NCBI RefSeq assembly: GCF_006345805.1
Contig: NC_043000.1
Location: 24,676,001-24,740,000, forward strand
DNA: 64,000 bases
DNA from: Octopus sinensis
Taxonomy: Eukaryota
Reading direction: 5' to 3'
Made by a program: the position numbers and the translations under genes. The notes beneath the pieces were generated by a model. The model searched no databases, was not told where the DNA came from, and saw only the letters and a list, made by a program, of their open reading frames with translations. Positions 27,708-40,934 of this stretch are shown here, piece after piece (position 1 is the stretch's first letter; each line of letters opens with the position of its first letter).

Positions 27708-28097
27708 TTTATTTATTTATTTATATATATATAGTGTGTGAGTGTATGTGTGTGTGTATATAGATGTATGTATGCAAGCCAAAGAATTAAGCAATAAAGT
27801 TCCAGGCTAATATGAGTGGATTAATCACAGTATGTGTCTGGTAGAGACATACTAATTGCTAATGACAGGAACATTAAAAATAATTTTAAATTAGTATCAC
27901 GCCAATTAATTAACAAAAGAATGAATCTAAACGGTGAAATCTGTTATATTTGAAACAAATTTAAGCAATAAAAGAAGTAGACAATAAAGCAATTAGGATC
28001 TGAAACTACGTAGGTCAGAGGCAATTCTGTTAATGATGTATGTGGAAGGATTTTGGCTTATGAACAATAAAAAGTGTGGATATCTGGGCCACATATA

Positions 28098-28530
28098 GTG
28101 AGAATTTACAAATAAAAACAAAAGACAAAGACGTGTGTGTAAACAACAGACAGATGTATTAGTTTAACGCTCGGGAAGTGAGAAAGTCTTTTACGTTTCG
28201 AGTCTATACTTTTTGACAGAAAGGAACACGGAAATAAACAAGGAGAGAAAACAGAAAAAGGTTTAGTGGTTAGCAATCTATCATGGCGAATGCTGGACAG
28301 AGAGGTCACACAGGAGAGCTAGGAAGAAGGGGAGAGAATAAAGTAGTGGTGATCCCAAAACGAAGATGCACGCGTGTGTGTGTATGTGAGAGCGTGTATG
28401 TGTGTGTGGAAGGAGAATTGGTGCCACAGACTATTGGATGTGGTCAGCATTAGTGAGGGATGTGAGTGATAAGTAACTAGTAAAAGGGATAAAAAGACAG
28501 AAAAGAAGCTACGATCAAAAGATTTTATAT
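28098..28530 (-). mobile_element. Penelope-like fragment, same family as 46951-47275, with a degenerate hammerhead at 28188-28223
   Basis: Aligns by eye with 46951-47138. Minus strand CTTT-CTGTCAA-a-AAGT atag ACTC-GAAA-CGT-A-AAAG. Confidence 0.5.
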
Positions 28531-29309
28531 AAATACTGCATGTAAAAAGCACCATTCAAGCATGGTCAATGCCAGTGCCACCTGACTGGTTCCTGTGCCA
28601 GTGGCATGTAAAAAGCACCATTTGAGCATGGTCGATGCCAGTGCTGCCTGACTGACACCCATACCAGTGGCACATAAAAAGCACCATTCAAGTGAGGTTG
28701 ATATCAGTGCCACCTGGCTGGCTCCCGTGCCAGTGGCATGTAAAAAGTACCCACTACACTCTCAGAGTGGTTGGCGTTAGTAAGGACATCCAGCTGTAAA
28801 AACCTTGCTAAATCAGATTGAAGCCTGGTGCAGCCTCCCGGCTTGCCAGTTCTAAGTCAAACCGTCCAACCCATGCCAGCATGGAAGGCAGACGTTAAAC
28901 GACGGCGACAATGATGAGTGCTTGTCACGAGTGTTTTTAACAACTATGCTGTGAAATCAAGCATGTACACAAGTCTGTTGTCTTTTTATATATGCTGCTT
29001 TAATCAAATTAAAATTGCAACATTGCAATGTATGGAAGAATAAAGATCCTCTGAACTTTAACTTGTATGGGAAGTTTAAACAAGATGAAATTTGAATTTA
29101 ATCATTATTACAATGAAGTTGGGAAAGTATGCTTTATTCAATTAAAAATATATGGAAAAAAAATTTTCTTTTATCTGTTTATTGTTTTTTTTTTACAGAT
29201 TAGCAGCATTAATCAGCTGAAAACAGAAACTGGCTGATTAATGTGTGTATAATTCATACATAATCTATTATTACGGTACCAAGTGTTTGCCTGTATGAGT
29301 TTAACAGCA

Positions 29310-29347
<38 letters not shown>

Positions 29348-30538
29348 TCCATATTAACTTCCACAGCACATATTTATAGACACATTAAACAAGATCACTC
29401 ATCTACACATCAACACCCACGTATACAAATACATACAAACATGCATACACACATATATCTACACAATATATATATATATATATATTTTATATATAGACAC
29501 ACACACACACACATGCTTATTATATTATACATACACTCACATATGTATAAAAACACCTACACGACAGACACACATTATATACATACACCTGTATATATAT
29601 AGGCACAGATGTGACTGTGTGGTAAGAAGCTTGCTCCCCAACTACATGGTTTCGGGTTCAGTCCCACTATGTGGCACCTTGGATAAGTTTCTTCTACTAC
29701 AGCCTTGGGCCAACCAAAGCCTTGTGAGTGGATTTGGTAGACAGAAACTGAAAGAAGCTCATTGTGTATATGTGTATATGTATATATGTATGTATATGTG
29801 TGTGTGTGTGTGTGTGTGTATGCATTTGTGTGTTTGTGTTTGTCCCTCCACCGCTACTTGACAACCGATGCTGGTGTGCTTACGTCTCCATAGATTATCG
29901 GTTTGGCAAAAAAGACTGATAGAATAAGTACTAGGCTTACAAAGAATAAGTCCTGGGGTCGATTTGCTCGATTAAAGGCGGTGCTCTAGCATGGCCGCAG
30001 TCAAATGACTGAAACAAGTGAAAGAGTTAAAGAATACCACATGTTTATAGAGACATTAAATGCACAGAGATTTATACATATATATATATATATATATATA
30101 TATTACAAATATGCATATGTAGGTGTGTGTTTCTGTGGTAAGAAGCTTGCTTCCCAACCACATGGTTTTGGGTTCAGTTACTGTGTAGCACCTTTGGTAA
30201 GTGTCTTCTATTATAATCTTGGGCCAACCAAAGCCTTGTAAGAGGGTTTGGTAGACAAAAACTGAAAGAAGACCATCATATGTGTATGGTACGTGTGTGG
30301 GTGATTATGCCTGTATTTGTCCCCCACCACTGCTTGACAACTTGTAACTTAGCAGTTTGGCAACAAAGACTGATAGAATAAGTACCAGGTTTAAAAAATA
30401 AATAAATTCTGGGGTCGATTCATTCAACAAAAATTCTTCAAGGTGGTGCCCCAGCATGGCCACACTTAAATGGCTGAAACAAGTAAAAGACAAAAAGATG
30501 TGTGTTTATGGAAAATGGATGTTAAATGATGATGACAC

Positions 30539-30576
<38 letters not shown>

Positions 30577-30724
30577 TGTGTGTGTATATATATATGTGTG
30601 TATATATATATATATATATAGTTATCCGTAATAATGAAGGGTGAAATTAATTAATTTGGAATAATTATCAATTACACCAAGTAGTCTTCGGCATGTAAAA
30701 GCCTCATTCGAGGAAAATTTAGTA

Positions 30725-30928
30725 ATACTAAGCAATAAAGGGTTTAGCAACGAATTGCCTTACCACATACCGAATTTAGAAATAGCAGTCAAAGGGTTTT
30801 AGCTATTTCTTCTACTAAAAAGGAGATCTCCTTTTTAGTAGAAGAAATAGCTAAAACCCTTTGACTGCTATTTCTAAATTCGGTATGTGGTAAGGCAATT
30901 CGTTGCTAAACCCTTTATTGCTTAGTAT
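30725..30928. repeat. Perfect 204-bp palindrome with no spacer
   Basis: 102-bp arms centred on gaga|tctc at 30826/30827. Confidence 0.95.
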
Positions 30929-31818
30929 ATATATATATATATATATATTATATTATACACAGATACATACAAACACACACTCATACATATGCATATATAT
31001 ATATACTTAATTTCACACACATACACACACAATTAGCGATGCAAACACTCACACATCATACATCCTATGCAATTATAACTTTGAAGAAGTTTCACCAACC
31101 CACCCTTCCACCCCTCCACTCCCACCCCTCCAAAACACAACCAATCCAATTATTCCGAGTAATATTCCAATAATTACACAAGTTGAACCAGTAGCACTTT
31201 ACTCAGCCAGTTATTAATAATTCTCACCACGTTTTACAACGATAACAAGCATTGAATGTTGATCTTATTCCATTATAAAAGATTCTCTTTTTCCTTCATT
31301 TCCAAACTGGTTGATGGTTATTCTATAAATGGTAAAAGGCGGCAGTGAAGCTAGCAAGAGGTTAACCCCCTACCGATGCTAACCTGCCCTTATTTCTTTC
31401 ATACAAAGTCACCTTACAGCATCATATACAGCTTTGCAACAACCAGCACCTTACATAATCAACATCCTGTTATACATCAAATTGGTGTTTTTCAAACACC
31501 AATTTGATGTATCGATAAATAATTAACTCAATAATTAATTATTGCTATTTCATTAAATTCTTCCAAATTGTTTATAATTTTCAATATTTAGTATACTCTT
31601 TTACTTGTTTTAGTCATTTGATTGCGGTCATGCTGGAGCACTGTCTTTAGTTGAGCAAACCGACCCCAGGACTCATTCTTTGTCAGCCTAGTACTTATTC
31701 TATCGGTCACTTTTGCCAAACCTCTAAGTTACAGGGATGTAAACACACCAGCATCGGTTGTCAAGCGATGTTGGGGGGACAAACACAGACACACAAACAT
31801 ACACACACACACACATAT

Positions 31819-31860
<42 letters not shown>

Positions 31861-31881
31861 CACACACATATATATATATAT

Positions 31882-31952
<71 letters not shown>

Positions 31953-32700
31953 TACGACGAGCTTCTTTCAGTTTCCATCTACCAAATCCACTCACAAGGC
32001 TTTGGTTGGTCCAAGGCTATAGTAGAAGACACTTGCCCAAGGTGCCATGCAGTGGGACTGAACCTGGAACCATGTGGTTGGTAAGCAAGCTACTTACCAC
32101 ACAGCCACTTCTGCACCTATAAAACACAAAAAGTATTTTGTGAAAAAAAGAAAGAAATGTTCAGAATTCAGTCCCGCTGTGTGGCACCTTGGGTAAGCGT
32201 CTTCTATTATAGTATCAGGATGACCAAAGCCTTGTCAGTGGGTTTGGTTGACGGAAACTGAAAGAAGCCCATCATGTGTGTGTGTGTGTGTGTGTTCTCC
32301 ACAACCACTTGACAACCGATGTTGGTGTGTTTATGTCCCCCATAACTTGACAGTTGAGCCAAACCGACTGATAGAAGAAAAATCAGGTTTCAAAAAAAAT
32401 AAGTACTGGGAATGATTCATTTGACTAAACATTCTTCAAGGCAGTGCCCCAGCAAGGCCACAGTCTAATGACTGAAACAAGTAAAAAATGAAAAAGGCAA
32501 GGGTGCAGGCATGGCTGTGTGGTTAAGAAGATTGCTTCCCAAGCACATGGGTTTGGGTTCAGTCCCACTGCATGGCAACATGGGCAACTTCGTTCTATCA
32601 TTTCAGTGGACAGAAAATGAAAGAACTTTGTTGTACACATATATAAATACATACATATATGTGTATGTGTACATGTGTCAGTATGGCAAGCAGACATTAA

Positions 32701-32941
32701 CCCTTTGAATACCAGCCCAGCCCAGCCCAGCCCAGCCCAGCTGAAACCACCTCTGGCTCTGTGGTACAAATGTCTTGTTTCCAAAAGTTTTAAATTAAAA
32801 TCTTCCACCAAATTTAGTCACAATTTACATTCCTAACACTAGCTTAATGATAACTAAGTTGTTTTACTAAATTCTTTGTTATATTTAAAATTGATTGAAA
32901 GAAACACAGAACATCTCAACAGAAATATGGTAACAAAAGGG
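32701..32941. mobile_element. piggyBac-like MITE
   Basis: TTAA|CCCTTT...AAAGGG|TTAA with ~14-bp imperfect TIRs. Contains a (CCCAG)n expansion. Confidence 0.75.
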
Positions 32942-32961
32942 TTAACAAATGATTAATTTAA

Positions 32962-33181
32962 CCCTTTCATTACCAACCTGGCTGAAACCACCTCTGGCTC
33001 TGTAGTACAAATGTCTTGTTTCCATAAGTTTTAAATTAAAATCTTCCACCAAACCTCAGTCACAATTTGAGTTCCTAACACTAGCTTAATGATAACTAAG
33101 TTGTTACTAAATTCTTTGTTATGTTGAAAATTAATTGAAAGAAACACAGAACTTCTCAACAGAAATATGGTAACAAAAGGG
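32962..33181. mobile_element. piggyBac-like MITE, second adjacent copy
   Basis: TTAA|CCCTTT...AAAGGG|TTAA. Highly similar to 32701-32941. Confidence 0.75.
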
Positions 33182-34503
33182 TTAAATGATGTATATGGAT
33201 GTGAGTGTGTATGTCTTTTTTGTCTTGACATTGTGCAAATGTTGTGAACAAAAGCACCCACTATACTCTTGGAGTAGTTGGCGTTAAGAAGGGCATCCAG
33301 CTGTAGGAACTCTGCCAGATCAGATTGGAGCCTGGTGCAGCCATCTCGTTCGCCAGCCCTCAGTCAAATCGTCCAACCCATGCTAGCATGGAAAGTGGAC
33401 GTTAAATGATGATGATGATGAATCATGCAAATGGTGTAATTTGTATCCAATCATCTGTGGAAAACATGTCTGGCTGTGGGGGGTAAACATTACCTTGCTT
33501 GGGAACAGATGAAGGTTGGTGACAGGAAGGGCACTAGGCTATTGAAAAATCTGCCTTAAAAAATCCTGTGTGACCCATACAAAAGTGAAAACGTGGATGT
33601 TGAAATAATGATGATGATGATTATGGTGGTGGTATTGAAATGATTAGACAATCTTCTGATGACTAAACTTGTCCCAAAAGACAACAATTTTGGAATACTA
33701 AAAGGAGACATTACCATAAAGTAATAAGTTTTTTTTTATTTTTAAAAAAAGAGAAAACAAAGGACAACAAAAATTATAATAGTAATAATGACTGTTTCTA
33801 ATTTAGTCACCAGGTCACAAATAGAGGTGGGGAGGCACGGGGTTTAGTTACTAGTATCAACTCCAGCATTTGACTGCTATTTTATTTTGTTGATCCATCA
33901 TTATCATAAAAACAAATAAATAAATAAATAAATAAATAAAAATAATAATAACATGGTCCTAAGCAGGACTGCCACTTTATGTTGGCAAACAGACTTTACT
34001 ATCCAGTAGTGTTACTACATATTTGTCACTCAGAGATTTAAAACTAGTTGTTTTTCTCTTCATCATCATTATTATTATTATTATGGCTCACTGGATTAGG
34101 TATTTATTTTTAGCTCATCTCTACAAACATATTATAAGTGTTTCACTGTTTCTGAGCAAAACATTTCTACATTCCTCAGTCGAGTCACATCATCATCATC
34201 ACCATTTAACATCTATTTTCCATGATTTGATGGGTTGGATGAATTGACAGGATCTAGCAGGAAGCAGTGTTGTATTGAGTTCCACTGTCAGCTAACAGGC
34301 TTTCTTGCAACAGAATGTCACTCTTGCCAAACGGAGTTTTATCTTGCAACCATTTATTGTGATTCAATCTGAATTGAAGTCCTGGTAACTTTAGGAGTTC
34401 AAGCTACTTGTGAAGATCATTTTCTTTTGGATCTTTTCGGTTTGAATGGCAGTTTTTAACATAATTTCTAAGTAACTACATATATATACATATATATATA
34501 TAC

Positions 34504-34551
<48 letters not shown>

Positions 34552-34552
34552 A

Positions 34553-34941
34553 TCTATATATATAAAAGTGAAGTTGTGTGAGTGTCTGTCTCCTACGATT
34601 TAGATTCCTAACTACTCTCACATTTTGCGGTGCAGTTTAACCAAATTCGGGTATCTTATAGTTGTGATTCATATTGAGCCCTTCTGGGCATTAGTGCACG
34701 TCTACGATGAGTCTACGATTTTAAAAATAATTTACCATCATTTTTTTCCATTTTCATGCATTTTTTTGCTATTATATAAGGGAAGTAACTCTCTAAAAAT
34801 GTCTACGATGAGTCAACGATTTAAAAAAAATTTACTATAATTTTTTTTCCATTTTTAATGCATTTTTTTGCTATAACTCTCTAAAAATGCTTTATAGTTA
34901 TTTCCCTTACAAACCCGAGCAACGCCGGGCGATACTGCTAG
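34553..34941 (+). mobile_element. Non-autonomous Helitron with internal duplication
   Basis: Same TC/CTAG termini, hairpin and A|T site. The internal block starting tctacgatgagtc is present twice. Confidence 0.8.
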
Positions 34942-35856
34942 TATATATATATATATATATATATATATACGCAAGCACACTTCTAAATTCTTTTCCGCTG
35001 TTGATCAAATTTGAAAATTTGTACTGTTGCTATTAGCATTCTTTCTTTATTAAAGTGATAATGAATTCATACCATGCGTGTGATCCTTCAACCACAAAAT
35101 CTTGTAAAATTGCCATAGTAAGAAGTATGAGAACTCCACCAAATTTTATGTTTAAATATTATCACAAGTGACTTCCCAAGATAAAGTGGTGTAATTTTCT
35201 TGGTTTATTGAGATATATTTCATTTTAAAACAGAATATATAAGTTCATTTTCAGTATGCACACAAGCTTTCATTTATCTTTTTAACTGTCTACCAGTGTA
35301 TAATGATAGCTGAAATGACACCTTGTCAATAAATTAGGCTTAAGGTTCTTCCTTTGAAGCTAGCAGCTTCACTGAAACTAATTCAGCTTCCAAACATAAC
35401 AAATCTTGTCTTTTCATGGAAATCAGGTGACTGCCAAAATCTATAAATTTTATCTTTTCATGATCAATTCAAATGAGGAAGTTTAGAGCAACTTTTTGTT
35501 TTGATGAGAATATAGAAAGAAAGAAAAAAATATTGATAGCAGCTAGTTAGCTTGTTGATAGGAAAAGAGAGAAAAAAGTCAACAAAAGCATGTTTAAAGG
35601 ATGGACATATGTGTAGGTATGTATGTATACATGTGTGGGTGTGTATGAGTGTGTGATATATATGTATGTATGTACTTGGATTGTTTCACAAATGAGATTC
35701 ATAAAAAAATTTTTAAAAAACATTTTGCTATTAAAGAAATAAGTTCTTATCTAAAGAATTCACAAACTGAAGAAATAATGAAAACTTGAAAGAAAAAATA
35801 ACTTTAAATTTCAGGCAGAGACAAGAATTCAAGGAGACAGTTTATACATATTTGAT

Positions 35857-36220
35857 GTGGAGGCACAATGGCCCAGTGGTTAGGGCAGTGGACTCGCGGT
35901 CATAGGTTTGCAGTTTCGATTCCCAGGCCAAGCATTGTGAGTGTTTATTGAACGAAAACACCTAAAGCTACCTGAGGCTCTGGCAGGGGGTGTTGGCAAA
36001 CCCTGCTGTACTCTTTCACCACAACTTCCTCTCACTCTTTGTTTCTGTTGTACTTGTAATTCAAAAGGGACCAGCCCTGCCACACTCTGTATCTCCCTGA
36101 GAACTACATTAAGTACATGTGTCTGTGGAGTGCTCAACCACTTGCACGTTAATTTCACGAGCAGGCTGTTCCATTGATCAGATCAACTGGAACCCAAGTC
36201 ATCATAACCGATGGAGTGCC
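35857..36220 (+). mobile_element. tRNA-derived SINE, family D variant, with 11-bp TSD
   Basis: A and B boxes present. TSD acatatttgat at 35846-35856 and 36221-36231. Confidence 0.85.
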
Positions 36221-37994
36221 ACATATTTGATAACGGATCTATCACATGTCTGTAAAACTCTTTCTTCTACTGTGTTAATCTTATAAAAATATTAATCCTT
36301 TGCAGAGGTATTTTCGCTTTAGATTACAGCTTGTTATTGTTGTTTTTTCTTTTACTGAAACTGTCATCTTCCTTAATGTTACTCGAGGGATTTTGGGGAA
36401 AAAGGAAAAAAAAAAAAGAAAATATCATTTCCCTTAAACTATTAGAATTTCTTGGTTTTAATGAATAAAATTTGATCTTATCTATAACATCTTAAAATAT
36501 TTATAGCTTTAACTTGTATCTATCTTGGGTCAGCCAGCCTCGCCCAGCACCTGTGCTGGTGGCACGTAAAAAGCACCCACTACACTCTTGGAGTGGTTAG
36601 TGTTAGGAAGGGCATCCAGCTGTAGAAACACTGCCGGATCAAACTGGAGCCTTGTGCAGCCTTCTGGCTTCCCAGACCCCAGTCGAACCGTCCAACCTAT
36701 GCTAGCATGGAAAACGGACGTTAAACGATGATGATGATGATCTCCATGGTTTAGTCACCTTGCTGTTATTGTAATTGTACAAAATGGTGTCAAATGGTCA
36801 CTAGAAATGTCAGTTAACCAGAGTATCTTTTAGTGGTTCCTCCAGCCCTTAACCATCAATCGCAACATATACCCTTCAACTTTTCCCATCTTTACAGTTG
36901 TCACCTACTTTCCCTCACCCACCCCCATTACAATTTTGCAATCTCCACCCATCTATACTTCTTGTTCTCTTGTCCTTCTCATTTCTGCTCATCTTATACC
37001 TTGAAGGTCCATTCAGACACCTCATCACTACTAGTTTTCTCTCTTCTCAGCTCCACCCTGATCACCCCTATCTTCCCTTCAACAAGAGTAAATATGTAAC
37101 TCCTCTACAGTAATAAAATTGTAGCAGACTTGAACCTGAGACGTCACAATTATGGACTTCAAGCCATGACTCCTTCACAGGTGAGGCTAAGTTATCAGCA
37201 AATCAGTGGTTGGTTTTCACATGATAGTTTCTCCAGAATCTTCTATATTATTCTCTATAATAAGCCCATAAACCTGTTTTGCTCTGACCCCTTCTCTCAC
37301 ACTTTAACCCCTCATTTCCTAGCATAAAGCTGCCAATCCCTCAGGTTTTGTAGTTTTGCAAGTGACATGGTGACCTCACTAGTGCTGGTAGCATGAAAAA
37401 AAAAACACCAAGTTCATGCTGTAAAGTGGTTGGTATTAGGGGTATTAGGGAGGGTATCCAGTTTTAGAAACCAAGCCAAAGCAGACATGAACCTTGGACC
37501 CACTGAATCCTGTTACACCATCCAACCCCTGCCAGTATGGAATGTGGACATTAAATAATGAAAATGATGAAATACAGGAGGGACAGGCACAACCTGTTTC
37601 AGGTTCTCCAAAACTTCTGAGATGAAGGTATCCTGAAATAAGGGACCTGGCCCAAATGCTTGTAATAGAGTGGACCCTACTAAAGGAACCCAAGGTGCCA
37701 GGTGAGGGTGTTAGAACAGGAGACGGATTAAGTTTATCACACATGTAGGCTATGGTGGGATTTGAACTCAGAACTAAAAGAGTTGGATTAAATACTGCAA
37801 GGCATCCTGTCTGATCCTCTACAAATTTTACCAGTCCACCACACTAGGCTAGTAGATTACTGACCTTAGGACTACAAAAAGCAAAGTTGACCTCAGCAGG
37901 AATTGAACCCAAGATACAAGAAGTGGGAACAAATATAGCAAGGAATCCCATCTAATGGTTTAATGATTCTGCCAGTCCATCACTTCTAGGTATG

Positions 37995-38284
37995 TTTGTT
38001 CCTTCCTTCTCGAGCCATGCCTGGCTCATAGGGCCAGTTTCCCGGTTTCCTTGGCGTATAGGTTCCTCACCTGGATGGTATGCCAGTCCGTCGCAGGTGA
38101 GCTACAAGATGCAGGAGGAGAGTTGTGGCGAAATAGTCTGCAGAAGCTCGCCATTACCTTCTGCCGGAGCCGCGTGGAGCTTAGGTGTTTCACTCATAAA
38201 CACACACATCGCCTGGTCTGAGATTCGAACCAGTGATCCCTCAACCACGAGTCCGCTGCTCTAACCACTAGGCCATGTGCCTCC
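37995..38284 (-). mobile_element. tRNA-derived SINE, family D, with 7-bp TSD
   Basis: Reverse complement of the 10002 family, with aggtatg on both sides. Confidence 0.8.
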
Positions 38285-39818
38285 AGGTATGCACTTTCTT
38301 GACCTCAGGAGTATGAACGACAAAGTTGAACATGGCAGGAATTGAACTCAACATTCAAGGAGTCAGAACAAATAGAAGGGGTTTAATCTGACACTCCATT
38401 GATGGGTAGGGTGACAAGTGTGGGTTCTAGGACATGGTATGGGTGATGGGATAAGGAGAAACAAAGGAGTCGGGTGGGCATGACTGGAGATGGAAGAATA
38501 ACTATCTGGGTTTGAGGAGAACAGGCTGTTGTAATAGAAGTAGAACAGACAGAGTGAAGAGGCAGAAAAGGGGTTAGGGGTTAGGGGTTGGTTGGAGTGT
38601 GTTGCCAACTGACGCCTTACTAATTAGCTGGAGAATTTGTTTGATTAAGCTCTCAAATCAAATAATTAGTTAGATGTAGATGGAAGATCTGTGAAATCTT
38701 TGGAGCCAATCTGACAAAGGGTTCTCCAAGACCTGATGATTATCTTTGTATAATTCCATAAATAAGAAATGAGTTAACGAGTAAATAAAGTAGATAAGTT
38801 TTTTAGATCAGTTACGTGTGAATTTAATTTCCTTATAAGAGTATCATTTCACTGACAAAATATATTTCCACTGCTACCATTGTGATGGCAGCAGGGTGTA
38901 CAAATACACACAAACACTCACACCACCACCATTTAACATCCACTTTCCATGCTGGCATAGGTTGGATGGTTTGACTGAGGACTGGCAAGCCAGGAGGCTG
39001 TACCAGGCTCCAATCTGATCTGGCAAGGTTTCTACAGCTGGATGCCCTTCTTAACACCAACCACTCCATGAGTGTAGTTGGTGCTTTTTACGTGCCACCA
39101 GTATGAGAGTCAGTTAGGGGGCACTGGCATTGACCACACACAAATGGTGTTTTTTACATGCCACTAGCATGGGAGCCAGTTAGGGGGCACTGGCATCAAC
39201 CACGTTCGGATGGTCCTTTTTATCTTCCACCAGCACAGGAACCAGCCAGAGGGCACTATACACTCTGTTAGGAGGCACAAGCACTCAAAACCTTTGGCAA
39301 GATGCTGGGCTTGAGAAGAAGACCCATGAAGCCAAGTGAAATTGTAGTTGGAGCAGATATTAGTGTCATGCAAACTGACACCGTTGCAGGTGGCATGTAA
39401 AAAGCACCCATTACACTCTCAGAGTAGTTGGCGTTAAGAAGGGCATCCAGCCATAGAAACCATGCCAAATCAGACTAGGGTCTGGTGCAGCCCCTCAGCT
39501 TACCAGCCTTGGTCAAACCTTCCAACCCATGCCAGTATGGACAATGGATGCTAAATGAGGATGATGATGATGATTATATATATATATATGTGTGTAAGGC
39601 AAGCTGGCAGAAACATTTGCACGCCGGACAAAATGCTTAGCAGTATTTCGTCTGCTGCTACGTTCTGAGTTCAAATTCTGCCGAGGTCGACTTTACCTTT
39701 CACCCTTTCGGGGTTGATTTAATAAGTACCAGTTACGCACTGGGATATAATCGACTTAATCCCTTTGTCTGTCCTTGTTTGTCTCCTCTGTGTTTAGCCC
39801 CTTGTGGGCAATAAAGAA

Positions 39819-39853
<35 letters not shown>

Positions 39854-40369
39854 TGTATATATATATATATATCTACACACACACTCATGTCATGCATTAA
39901 CAGATGAATACATACACAATGATGAACACATACAAACACACCCTTGTGCGAATATTTTTCCATGTCTGAATTTACTGAGCCAGATTTTCAACAGCTGAGT
40001 TCCCTTCCTTAAACCAAACCTTAACTCGTTTCCAAGCAAGGTGATATTTCTTCATGGCCAGACATGTTTTTTCAGAAGATTGGAAATGAATGGCACTGCT
40101 TGTATGATGGTGACACTCAACTAATATGCAAAAGTCGTAAATGTCTAACCCATGCCAGCATGGAAAACAGGCATTAAATGATGATGATGTGATGTCAAGA
40201 CAAGGAGACACACACACATAGATAAACTCAGTCTGCCAAATCTATTCACAAGGCTTCAGTCAGCATAGTGTTATAGTAAAAGAGTCCTGCCCAATGTGCC
40301 GAGCAGTGAGACTGAACCTGAAGCCATGCAGTTAAGAAGCAAACATTTTAACCACACAGCCCATATATA

Positions 40370-40934
40370 TTGAGCTGTCCGGAAAGTTCATGCTGATTTA
40401 TAGTAGCTTACCTTTCGACTCATTTTAGAACGTGATTGAGTCCATAAAATAGAATTTGACTACACCTCCATTTAGAGCACAGTTTAAGCTATCTTTCCAT
40501 GGAAGAAGGTTTATGTTCCTATAACCTGTGTTAATTCTGTAACCCTTTAAAATGGAAGATAAGAAAGTTCATTTTCGGCACTTGATGCTTTGGGAACCAA
40601 ACAAAAATTGCTGCAGCTCGGCTGGGATGTGTTATCCCACCCTCCATATTCACCAGATATTGCTCCTTCGGATTTCCACTTATTCAGGTCTCTGCAGAAT
40701 AGTCTTAATGGTAAAAATTTCAATTCCTTGGATGACGTAAAAAGATACCTTGATGAATTCTTTGCCATGAAACCACCTTAATTCTGGGAAGACGGTATTT
40801 TCAAGTTAAAGGAAAGATGGAGACGCACTGTGCAATAAAATGGTTCATATTTGGTTGATTAAAAATGTAATGGCAAGTATTTATTGACTTTTTCTTTCCT
40901 TTAAAAATCGGCACAAACTTTCCAGACAACCTAA
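40370..40934 (+). mobile_element. Internally deleted mariner transposon (565 bp)
   Basis: ~30-bp imperfect TIRs and TA flanks. The N-terminus MEDKKVHFRHLMLWE is fused at ~40596 to the C-terminus TKQKLLQLGWDVLSHPPYSPDIAPSDFHLFRSL..., which has in-frame stops. Confidence 0.92.

Noticed and set aside
30670-30715. GGC/GCC stem followed by GAA on the minus strand
   Set aside because: The core reads CGAATGA and GAAG, with no stem I or III, so it is too degenerate to call.
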